DNA from: Antedon mediterranea
Taxonomy: Eukaryota; Animalia; Echinodermata
DNA length: 64,000 bases
Direction of reading: 5' to 3'
NCBI RefSeq assembly: GCF_964355755.1
Contig: NC_092679.1
Span: 20,505,432-20,569,431, forward strand
The position numbers were made by a program, and so were the translations under genes. This document shows positions 14,352-26,568 of the stretch, in pieces. Position 1 is the stretch's first letter. Each line of letters opens with the position of its first letter. Under the pieces are notes generated by a model. That model had not been told where the DNA came from. It saw only the letters and a program-made list of their open reading frames with translations, and did not search any database.

Positions 14352-17300
14352 ATGGCCGATCATGAGTTTGATGCCTTGAGAAACTATCTACAAAACAACG
14401 TTTATCCTGTAAATTATTCTGAAATATTAAAACGAAGTTTGCGACGGAAAGCCAAGAACTTTACAATTCTTCGTGATATCTTGTATTACAAACAACATTC
14501 TGGTAGATTGTTGCGTGTATTGTTACCGAAAGAAAAAAACGAAGTGTTAAACAGTATCCATAAGCAGGCACATGGTGGTCACTTGGGTGTCAACAAAACG
14601 TAAGTTTAAAGTTTGTCAATTAAATAATATTTAAGCTTCGATAAGTTTCTGGGTGACTTTAAAACTGTTTATATGTTTGGCCAGGTGGAATGCCATCCTG
14701 AGATGAGTATTAGTAATTAGTACAGCATTGTTTTTAAATGATTTTATACGTAATTTTACTTTCTGTGGACCACAGAATTCGAAACAAATGATTAAATGAA
14801 TGAATTAAATGAATAATAACTAATACTTATCAATTGAAAAATGTATAATGACCGTGTACATTATGAAGTTAGTATTTTATATATAGATTCAAACATATTT
14901 TTATACCTCCATGAATGAAAAATATGTTAAGTCGATAATAATTTCTACTCAATATATTATCGCAATTAATTGTATAAATATATTGAAGTTGAACATAAAA
15001 TATCACATGTAAAAAATACAAAACATATATTGGCATTCAATAATTAATCAAAAATGTTCCGAATATGAGCACTGTTTCAATAATTTGACAGATTATTATT
15101 ATATAATTTACACAGTGCTACACAACGCATATATCTTTAGTTCAAAATTAAGATATCTCTTTTAATAAAGATAGATTATTTCAATTGAAAACTAAGATGT
15201 CTTACTTTTTAAAAGAAATATCTATGTTAATAGATATTTTTTTGTAGGCTTATTACACCTCGAAAAACCAAGAAGAATACAGTACAACTAGCTCTATCTA
15301 TAATAGTAATGTTTTAGTTTTATAACAGTTCATATACGGTACTCTACACGTGCCCACTGCATAACTAACACAGAAAAAAATCCACTTGTGATATTCCGAA
15401 TGGGACAAGAATCTTCCATTCTAAATATCTTGGTAAGTAAGTAATATAGAGATATCCCTCATGAGAGATATCTTAGTTTTAAATAGTGATACAAATACTT
15501 CCCGAATGAAAACTTATTCAGGTCTTGGTATAATAAATATGTTCAATATTAGTTGCTCACTCATAATGCAAAAAGCCATATCAGTATTAACTTTCGTTCG
15601 TTTAAAATGTATACTTATGAAAGAAAACACAATTTGACAAAAAAAAGGTAAGGAAGAAGACTTTTATTATGTAACTTTAAAGTGGATTATTACATTTTTT
15701 TTTAGGGAATACTTCTTAAAAAAAAACGCATTTTCAATAACAAAACTAGTTTCCAATCCCCCGGTAATGGAGTAAAACCACCTGCAGCTTATGTAATGAA
15801 AAAAATTAACACCATGTAGAACGATCAACAACGAATGTAGGAACGAAAATTGCATCCCAGCTAATGTAGGACTATCGCCAGCTAATGTAGAAAATATATA
15901 TTTTACAAACCTAAATGTCTAAATCCTGTGCAAATGCATCTGTTTACTTAGCTATCCATCTATCCACGTCTCGTAACCGACCAACTTTCTAAAACGACCA
16001 CACATCGTAAGCAACCAACTCTTTTAAGGGACCGTTTCTCATAATCGACTTCCTCTCTCGTAACGACAACTTTTTTGGGTGACCACCTCTATTAAACGGC
16101 CATCGTCTCTGTTAAGGGATCGCTTCCCATAATCGACCAACTATTGTAAGTGATCACATCCTCTCATTATGGACCGCTTCTCATAATCGACCACCTCTCG
16201 TAGTAAGCGACCACCTCTCTTAACAACCACAACTCTCGTAAGCGACCGCTTTTTATTTTCGACCGCCTCTCGTAAGTGATGATCTCTTTTAGAAGACCAC
16301 CATATCTCTAAATGGACCGCTTCTCATAATATACCAACTCTTGTATAAATCACCTCTCTTAAGTGACCACTTCTAATAAACGACCTCTCTGTTAGGAGAC
16401 CGCTTCTCATAATCGATCACATATCGTAAGCGACCACCTCCCTTATCGACCACATCTTTCGTAAGTGACCACCTATTTTAAAGGACCACTACCTCTCGCA
16501 ATCTACCATTGTGGCTCACTAAAAAGTACCCGGTTTCCTTAATAGGGTGTCCTCTACATTTTAAAAATAAATAAATTTAACCAGTATGTAGTGTTAAAAC
16601 GTATATATTTCCCCTTGTTTATTTTAAAAAAAAAGTGGCGATTTTTATATCTACTCTGTCGCACATTCACCAAGCGTACACAATAATTCTAGTAGGACAA
16701 TTAATTATTTATACTTTTCAAGTTAGTTTTTTATTGCCTGAGTGAATTATTACCAGATTGAGGGCGTAGTTATTTTGTATGGGAGGCTGCACTCAATTTG
16801 AAGTTTATATGGGGGTATTTAGAATGTAAACACGGTACAATCAGGGAGATGTAAATCTCCCTGGTACAATGTGACACGGAATCATCACGGACTGATGGAC
16901 ATTTTTCATAGAAGGTATCTTTTCCCTTTTCAATATTCATTTATCATTGTCAAATAAAAAAACTAGAAACATAGATAAATATTAAAAGTTAATTAATCAG
17001 TTGTGCCCAGTGCTTGCCTTAAACGAAAAGTTAAAATATATGGAACGCCAAACTGTAATGTTATTATAATGCATTGATGAGAATGGTGATGTGAACTGCG
17101 GTAATAAATAATAAATAATATTAAAAAACAAAATAAAATTAAAATATTTAAAGAATCCATAATACAGTTTTAAGGTCAATAGTAAACCTACAAAGAGATT
17201 GAATATCATCAATACAATAAACACATTTTTTTTTTTTTTTTAACAGTTGGAAAAAGATACGCGAAAGGTATTATTGGAAGGGGTCATTTGATGGTGTTCG

Positions 17301-20300
17301 TAATTTTATAGCCGCCTGTGATCAGTGCCAACGGAAAGAAGTTTTAAAAAAAGCAAAAGTGCCACTTCAACCTATACCCGTAACAGATACTGCTTTCAGA
17401 CAGATCGGTATGGATATTGTTGGGCCTTTGGTAAAGACAGAAAATGGTAAGGTATCTCATGACAAATTACTGAAAAACAAAAATGCTGTGACTGGATAAA
17501 AAAGCTAAATCAAAACGTAAAAGTAAAAAGCAAGAAGACATGAATGAAATACGTTCAGAAAACTTTGTAATTCATTCTTCAGGGCCTAAAATTACAGTTA
17601 ATAATTAGTTCTGTTCGGCCTTTATTGTAATAGGGCTGAACTTAAATTTATTATTGTAAAGGCACAAGCGCAATTTCTGTGAGGTTTCTTGAAATTGTTA
17701 ACTAAACTAAAATTATGACAGTTCTCTTTTTTACACTGTCAACAAAAACTAGATTTACCAAGAATCAGATGCTCTTATTATTGTCACCGGATTTACATCG
17801 ATTATGGCTATACTGTAATAATTGGTTATCCGCAACGAAGTTGCAGGATAACCTCTTGTGATTGTACGAAATCATCATCAACATCAACTTTTTATTAGTT
17901 ATCCGCACTCAGCGGATAACTCCTTGTAACTGTCCTGTTTCATCATCTTTTTTTTTTTTCTGTATTATTCTTTCTTTCTGTCATTTTTGTGCAGAGCATA
18001 TCTCAAAAACGTGTAAAGTTAACATTTCATAACTTTGTCAACATATGGGTATTCACCTGAAGTTGTGCTTTTCTATTTTTGAATGACGTCAGAATTGCAC
18101 AACATGACTTACGCGCGTTTTAACGAATTTCGCGTATTTAACATACATCGAAAACCATATAACAATTTAAATTGAAACTTAACAAAAGTTTTAGTTATAT
18201 CTTGCGGTAACTGACTTTGTAAAAAAAATGGCATGTTTTACACAAAGTTACGCGCGCACGCGCGTTTAAAATTTCAAAACGCGAAAATTCAATTTCTAAT
18301 CAACTTTCTACGCGTTTCATGTCATTTTGACCAGGTAAAAAATTCCCACGCGTGCGCATTTTTTTACGCGCGCCGTGCGCACGTAGCGTTGAAAACAAAT
18401 TTTTTCACGTGATTTATGTTTTTCCAGCCTTTTGTAGTAATTTTACCAACTTTTAAACGATTTAGACTTAAAATTACGTCATACGGGCACGTCGAATTGG
18501 ATAATTTACGTGGGTTTTTGATGAAAAAGGTAAAAAATTCGTTAAAATTTGTCAAAATTATGCCTTTTTTTAATCAGTCGTAATTTCTAAACTGGACGGT
18601 CAACTTTTTGTGGATGACATATTCTTGAAGTTGATGAGGTGTAGATATCGGATCATGTAATAATATGGCTAACCGGACATTGTGACGTCATCGTATGGCC
18701 ACGCGAATATAAAATATAGGATTTTTGTATCTTTCATCATAGCGCATGACATTTAATAGAGCGCATCTCCAATTATCTGTTTTCCATTTTTACCCCGATT
18801 TTTATATTATCTAGGTCAATCAACTATCTTTCGTATGAGTTAAAAATATTTTAATTTTTATGACGTCATCATGTCTAAAAATGTAAATAACGTGGGTCAC
18901 TTATTTTCGTCTTTACAGTAAATTTCAATCTGTTATAGCTCGTCAGAATAAAACGTGATAATCATTATTAAAACGTTTTCTGGAAGCTATTGGATTGTAG
19001 ATACGAATTTATGTAAACATTTTGCCAATCGGATGTTGTGACGTCATCATATGACCAGTTAAATAAAAAAAGTCGTATTTTCATCTTTTGCGTCATAATT
19101 CATCACATTTAAAAGAGCGCGCATCAATATTTTACGTATTTAAATTTCTTCTACACATTAATATTTTGTTGCCGAGATAATTTCCTTCCGAAATTGCTAT
19201 CTTAGTATTTCATTTTGATACCGTCGCTATGTTAAAAATTGGATTAAATGGCGTGTCCAGTCATTTCACCTATTCTACACAGTATGTAATATGTATACAG
19301 ATTATATTGTATATATAATATGACACAAAATAACAGAATTCAGCAATAACAACATATCATATTCTTCAGATCAGGTCATATTGCCACAATCTTTTTCTGT
19401 GTGCAATATTCTAACGTATGACGTCTACGTGACCTTTGTCGTGCGGATAACTAACTCGTCAAAGTGACGAGTTACATGTCTAGTTGGTTATCCGCAACGA
19501 AGTTGCAGGATAACCTCTTGTGATTGTACGAAATCATTCTGTATGATTTTTGTGTAACGCTTTTCTCTAAAACTCGCAAACATAACATTTCGGTAACTAT
19601 CTTAACATATTGACATTTACGTAACGTCGTCAAGCGAAGCTTTTCATGACGTTTACAATTGCGCAACGTGACTTACGCGCGATTTAACGATTTTGTCGTA
19701 TTTAACATAGCTCGACAACCAAATAACATTTCAACTTGAAACTTTGCAAAAGTTTAATTTATATCATGCGCTAACTTTCTGTTGAAAAAAAATTCCGTGT
19801 TTTACACAAAGTTACGCGCGCACGCGCATTTAAAATTTCAAAATGCGCAAAACTAATTTCTAATCAACTTTCTACGCGTTTCATGTCGTTTTAAGCATGT
19901 CAAAAATTCCAACGCGTGCGCACATTTTTACGTGTGCGGTGCGCACGTAGCATTGAAAACGTATTTTTTTCGCGTGATTTATGTTTTACCAGCCTTTTCT
20001 AGTAATTTTACAAAATTTTAAACAATTTCGCCTTAAAGATACGTCATACGAGCACGTCGAATTGGACAATTTGCGCGCGTTTTTTATGAAAAGGTTAAAA
20101 AATTCGTTTAAAATATGCCTTTTTTTAAACAGTCGTACTTTCTAAACTAGACGGTCAAATTTTTGTGGATGACATATTCTAGAAGTAGATGAGTTGTAGA
20201 TGTCGGATCAGGTACTAATATGGCTAACCGGACATTGTGACGTCATCGTATGGCCACGCGAATATAAAATTTAGAATTTTTGTATCTTTCGTCATAGCTC

Positions 20301-23300
20301 ATCACATTGAATAGAGCGCATCTCTACTTATCCGTTTTCCATTTTCACCCCGATTTTAATATTGTCTAGGTCAATCAAGTATCTTTCGCATGAGTTAAAA
20401 ATATTTTAATTTTGTTGACGTCATCATGCCTAAAAATTTAAATCACGTGTGGCATTAATTTCATCTTTACAGTAAATTTTAATCTGTTATAGCTCGTAAG
20501 AATAAAATGTGATAATCACGATTAAAACTTTTTCTGGAAGCTATTGGATTGTAGATACAAAATTATGTAAAAATGTTGCCAATCGGATGTTGTGACGTCA
20601 TCATATGGCCAGTTAAATAAAAAAGGTCAATATTTTCATCTTTTGCGTCATAATTCATTACATTTAAAAGAGCGCGCATCAATATTTCACGTATTCAAAT
20701 TTCTTCTACACGCTAATACGTTGTTGCTGAGATAATTTCCTTTCGGAATTGCTACCTTCGCGTTTCATTTTAGAACCGTCAACATGTTAAAAATTGCAAT
20801 AAATAGCGGGTACCGTAATTTCACCTATTCTACACTGTATGTGATATGGATACAGATTATACTGTGTATACTATATATGAATTTAAATAATAAAATTCAG
20901 CAATAACAACATATCATATTCTTCAGTTCAGGTCATAATGCCAACGTGAACACTTCCTTTTGTCCTCAACCTATCCCCTTAATGTTAATGTTGCACCACT
21001 TGCGCGGCGGATAACCAAACTCGTCAAAGTGACGAGTTACATGTCTAGTTTCTCTTCTTTCTTTCTGTATGATTTTTGTGGAACGCTTTTCTCTAAAACT
21101 TGCAAACATAACATTTTGTAACTTTTTCAACATATTGTCATGCACATGAAGATGTGCAGCGAAGCTTTTCATGATGTTTAAAATTGCGCAACGTGACGTA
21201 CGCGCGATTTAACGATTTTGTCGTATTTAACATAGCTCGACAACCAAATAACATTTCAACTTGAAACTTTGCAAAAGTTTAATTTATATCATGCGCTAAC
21301 TTTCTGTTGAAAAAAAATTGCGTGTTTTACACAAAGTTACGCGCGCACGCGCATTAAAAATTTCAAAATGCGCAAAATTAATTTATAATCAACTTTCTAC
21401 GCGTTTCATGTCGTTTTAAGCATGTCAAAAATTCCCACGCGTGCGCACATTTTTACGTGTGCGGTGCGCACGTAGCATTGAAAACGTATTTTTTTCGCGT
21501 GATTTATATTTTTCCAGCCTTTTCTAGTAATTTTACCAAATTTTAAACAATTTCGAATTAAAGATACGTCATACGAGCACGTCGAATTTGACAATTTGCG
21601 CGCGTTTTTTATGAAAAGCTTAAAAAATTCGTTTAAAATATGCCTTTTTTTAAACAGTCGTAATTTCTAAACTAGACGGTCAACTTTTTGTGGATGACAT
21701 ATTCTGGAAGTAGATGAGTTGTAGATATCGGATCAGGTATTAATATGGCTAACCGGACATTGTGACGTCATCGTATGGCCACGCGAATATAAAATTTAGG
21801 ATTTTTGTATCTTTCGTCACAGCTTATCACATTGAATAGAGCGCATTTCCACTTATCCGTTTTCCATTTTCACCCCGATTTTGATATTGTCTAGGTCAAT
21901 CAACTATCTTTCGCATGAGTTAAAAATATTTTAATTTTTTTGACGTCATCATGCCTAAAAATTTAAATCACGTGTGGCATTAATTTCATCTTTACTGTAA
22001 ATTTTAATCTGTTATAGCTCGTAAGAATAAAATGTGATAATCACGATTAAAACTTTTTCTGGAAGCTATTGGTTTGTAGATACGAAATTATGTTAAAATT
22101 TTGCCAATCGGATGTTGTGACGTCATCATATGGCCAGTTAAATAAAAAAGGTCGTATTTTCATCTTTTGCGTCATAATTCATTACACTTAAAAGAGCGCG
22201 CATCAATATTTCACGTATTCAAATTTCTTCTACACGCTAATACGTTGTTGCTGAGATAATTTCTTTTCGGAATTGCTACCTTTGCGTTTCATTTTAAAAC
22301 CGTCAACATGTTAAAAACTGCAATAAATAGCGGGTCCCGTAATTTCACCTATTCTACACTGTATGTGATATGGATACAGATTATACTGTGTATACTATAT
22401 ATGAATTTAAATAATAAAATTCAGCAATAACAACATATCATATTCTTCAGTTCAGGTCATAATGCCAACGTGAACACTTCCTTTTGTCCTCAACCTATCC
22501 TCTTAATGTTAATGTTGCACCACTTGCGCGGCGGATAACCAAACTCGTCAAAGTGACGAGTTACATGTCTAGTCTTTATTTCTGCCTGTTTTAATTTGAT
22601 CCAAACCATGACTGGGGTAATACTGTTCAGCGCATAGAGGTTTTACAACATTAGGCGCTATGTAAATCCACGATATTATTATTGTTCTTGTTCTTATTAT
22701 ATTTATTGATATTAATATTGTTATTATTATTGTTATTTCATTCGTACAGTTCGGGTGTTGTACATCTCATCATGACATTTTGACACTACTATTATTACGG
22801 CTTATTATATTATTATTTGCTGTGTTTCAGGTAATCGGTACTTACTTGTATTTACGGAGTAGGCCTACCTTACCAAATGGGTGGAAGCTGATGCAATTCC
22901 AGATAAATCTGCTAAAACAGTGCTGAGATCTTTTATTGATTTTGTCTGCAGACATGGAACACCTTCTATATTGATTACAGACCAGGGTAGAGAGTTTTGT
23001 AATGAGCTGAATGACAGCTTCTGTAAGCTGATTGGGGTAGACCACATAGTTGCCTCACCATACCATCCTCAAACAGGCGGGCAAACGGAGCGCTTTAACA
23101 GAACACTTTGCACAATGCTTATGACGTTGACCAACGCAGACCAAAATGACTGGGATATACAACTCCCATACGTGTTGTTTGCCTACAGAACATCCGAGCA
23201 CAAGTCTACGAAATGTGACCCATTCTCATTAGTTTACGGTAGAAAGGCTGTGTTGCCTGTAGAATTACGTATTCCCATCGTTTCGTCTAATAAAGATGAC

Positions 23301-24932
23301 ATATCCGGAACTGTTCCTTTAAAAATAAGAGTGGACGCTTTTTTGAAACTCAAAGATTCAAGGAGAAAGGCATCAGAAAATATCAAAAAAGCACAGAAAA
23401 AGCAAAAACATTATCATTATGCTGGTGTTAAAAGCAACACGTACTATGCAGGAGATCAAGTGCTCTTGCAGAATTCCAGAAATTTGTCAAGAAAGGGAGG
23501 CAAACTTAATGCTCGATGGACTGGTCCATATATTATAGAAAAAGTCCTCACTCACAATACATATCGACTAAAAGGAAGAAGGGCTATTGTTAACGGAAAC
23601 AAGATCAGACATTACAAGTCCGATAAAACAACCTCTTTGAACTGTCCATCATCAAGCACTAAACAGAAATGTAATACCAATGATAAGCATCTCCCTCCAA
23701 AGAAACGAAAGCGAACGCCAGACATCCCACCTGAAGTAACGCACCATGATAACATACCTACATCCAAGAATGGTGATATCACACCGGATGATCACATTAT
23801 TAACATACCTACATCCAAGAATGTTGATGATAACGATAACAGACCTACATCCAAGAATTATGATATCACACCGGATGATCACATTAACATACCTACATCC
23901 AAGAACGATGATATCACACTGGATAATCACGATAACATACCTACATTAGACAATGATAATGTCGCACCGGATGATGACCATGACAACAGTAGGCCTGTAT
24001 CTGATAGTGATGTGGTATACCTCAACACGAAAACTTCAAGAAAGTTATTCTTTCCTGTCGATGCCAATTGGCAGCTTGAAAAGGCAGCACCATTTGGTAT
24101 CAATGTCAAAAATTTTCACAAAACTCACTTAAAATGTGAAATGGACAAGGCAGCCAGGCCTACTAAAGTTGTTAATATGAGAGGGGACGGCAACTGTCTT
24201 TTTAGGGCTTTGAGTTATATTCTCTTTGGTGTCCAGAACTACCATGTAGTTGTACGGGATTACATACTAAACTATATGTCCATGAACAAAAACCTATTTG
24301 AAAAAATTGAATCCAGATCATTTGAACGATACGTGGAAGACACGAGAATGGGGGAATATGGGACATGGGGTTCGGACATCGAAATCATGGCATTTGCGAC
24401 CATGTCAAATACGAATGTTTATGTTTACAGTAAATATGGAAGAAGGAAAGGGCTTCCACATTATGAATGGTTGAAATATGCACCAATAAGTAATCAGTTT
24501 GGTGATTTAGTATCTGAAAGAAACATCTACCTATCAAACTTATGTGCACACTTTGAGCCTGTCCTGGATGTAGACAAGAAAACTTATGACGCTGAATTAA
24601 AATACACTCGTACACCATACGCACCAATCAAAAACCACCTTGCACGGAAATACTGGGATATTGTATCCGATGTGACCCTCAATGCTGCTCTGGTAGATAA
24701 TTACGAAGATGAAGCGGTAATGCGTTCCGAAGGCATTATGGACGTTATATACGTATCTGAATTCACGGACACACATTATGACATTGAAGCAGTCAACCAT
24801 CTAAAAGATGATATCGATCCAAATATATTCAATTTGCTTTGTGACATGGAACATTTCCCGGAAAGGATTCATCAGAGCAACAATGAAGTACCTGGACAAT
24901 TATATGTTGATTCATACAACGTCACTCTTTAA
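14352..24932 (+). pseudogene. Spliced Ginger transposase: HHCC zinc finger, DDE integrase, GPY module, repeat linker and OTU cysteine protease; inactivated by an in-frame TAG
   Basis: Exons 14352-14599, 17247-17446 and 22831-24932 join in phase through GT-AG sites. Motifs: H-KQAHGGHLG...CDQC, GMDIVGP, LITDQGREF, SPYHPQTGGQTERFN, WTGPY, then OTU GDGNCLFRA...WGSDIEI...HFEPV. Stop at 22860-22862. Confidence 0.9.
17822..22572 (+). mobile_element. Three nested non-autonomous Helentron-type (HINE/DINE-1-like) elements, ~1.5 kb each, in transposase intron 2
   Basis: Shared bodies, sub-terminal inverted repeats (G/A)GTTATCCGC...GCGGATAAC(C/T), and a 3' hairpin ACTCGTCAAAGTGACGAGT followed by CTAG at 19480-19483, 21045-21048 and 22569-22572. 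Confidence 0.85.
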
Positions 24933-26071
24933 CTGTAGGCCTACCTATGACCGGTAATCTCAACATACACAGAAGCATTAAATGGTGAAAAGGGTATTTG
25001 TTTACCTTATAGAGGTAAGTTTCGTTAATGCTTTGATTTTTTACAGGTGCTTCCGTCAAGAGGAGATTGTCGGCTTTGTCTGAAACTCATCGACGAAGAA
25101 ATACCAATTGCATTTGTCGGACCAGAAAGAAGAACATAGATTCACCACAGCGGCTAATTAAAGCGTCACCATCTTTCATTGAATCAACAGAAGACGAATA
25201 TCTGAGCATAAGTACGTCAAAGGCTCAAGGGGTCTAATGGCAGGTAACAACAGATCAAATACAGTGTGTCCAGTGTAAACATGCAATGATGTGTCATGCG
25301 CCCTGCTTTGATCGCTACAAGGATTAAAAAATTAATTAAAAAGCAAATTGTATAAAAGAATAACGCGACTAAAGGTCCGGTAAGGTAAAAGTACGTGAAT
25401 TAGATTGTAACTAGTGTTTATTTTTATTGTATTTTTATGTTTAAAAAACTTTTTCATATTTACAACTCATATGATTCTGTTTCATAATGTTATGCAATTT
25501 TCTTCTATAATATGTTTTCTTTGGTCAAAGGGGCACATACAAACGTGCAACCTACCCTCGCTATGATCATCAACCTTGACGTGGTAGCGAGGCTTGCGTG
25601 CTTCCAATGTATTGGTAGCCAGACCAATGATGATCAATAACAAAGTAAAATAAATACAAACACACTTACTGAAACAAGTTTTAATAGCAATAAATAAATA
25701 AATAAATAAATATTTTTCTGTAACTATTGTTCATTATTATTACACTATTATTATTTTATCCTGTTAATATAAGTAATGATCAATGATATATAATTTATGT
25801 TTACAAAACTCGTTCATATTTACAACTCATTCTGACAAGACAACAACATTTAATATTTTTGTAATTCACAATTCATACATTTATTTGTAATGTATTCATG
25901 AATTTGCTTTTCCTTCATCCAATCTACATAGTAGATATATGAAGCTATTGTTCTAACCACGTGACTATGTAGCATAGAACATTAATTCTAAACCGCCCGG
26001 TAATATACTGAAATTTAATTAATTAATTTGAAACGATAAAGATGAGGAAATCTGTGAGAATGAGTTAAAGT

Positions 26072-26143
26072 CGCCCCAACCGAGACTCGAACTCGGACCG
26101 CCTGCTTGATATGCAGATGTCCTAACCGTTAGACCACTGGGGC
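26072..26143 (-). other. tRNA-like cloverleaf (anticodon ATC) within a ~270-bp tandem repeat; likely tRNA-derived repeat or pseudogene
   Basis: GCCCCAG-TG-GTCT aacggtta GGAC-A-TCTGC atATCaa GCAGG-cggt-CCGAG ttcgagt CTCGG-TTGGGGC-G folds completely, but A at position 32 and the ATC anticodon are atypical. Confidence 0.7.
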
Positions 26144-26342
26144 TTTCACGGTATTGTTCGAACTCGATTGGATAGCGACTCTTTAACATTCTCGGCGTGG
26201 TACGGCGGAACAGCACTAGTCCTCAGTTGTAAACACAACAGGCATAGAAATAAATTCCAAACCGCCCGGTGATACACTGAAAATGATTTAATTAATTTTT
26301 GAAACGATAAAGATGAGGAAATCTGAGAGAATGAGAAAAAGT

Positions 26343-26414
26343 CGCCCCAACCGAGGCTCGAACTCGGACCGTCGGCTTGATATGCAGTTGCCCTAACCAT
26401 TAGACCACTGGGGC
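26343..26414 (-). other. Second, more degenerate tRNA-like copy
   Basis: Near-identical to 26072-26143 but with a broken anticodon stem. Confidence 0.65.
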
Positions 26415-26485
26415 TTTCATGGTATTGTTCTTTAACTCGACCGGATAACGACCCTTTAACATTCTCGGCGTGGTACGGTTGGAAC

Positions 26486-26564
<79 letters not shown>

Positions 26565-26568
<4 letters not shown>

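Noticed and set aside
22881-24932. Stand-alone 683-aa gene, LTR-retrotransposon pol, or domesticated GIN1/GIN2
   Set aside because: It is exon 3 of a spliced transposase with an upstream stop codon. There is no RT, RNase H or gag, and TIRs plus a TSD flank the unit.
25555-25625. RTE-type 5'-end or HDV-like ribozyme fragment
   Set aside because: Only a short resemblance from memory; I could not build the pseudoknot.
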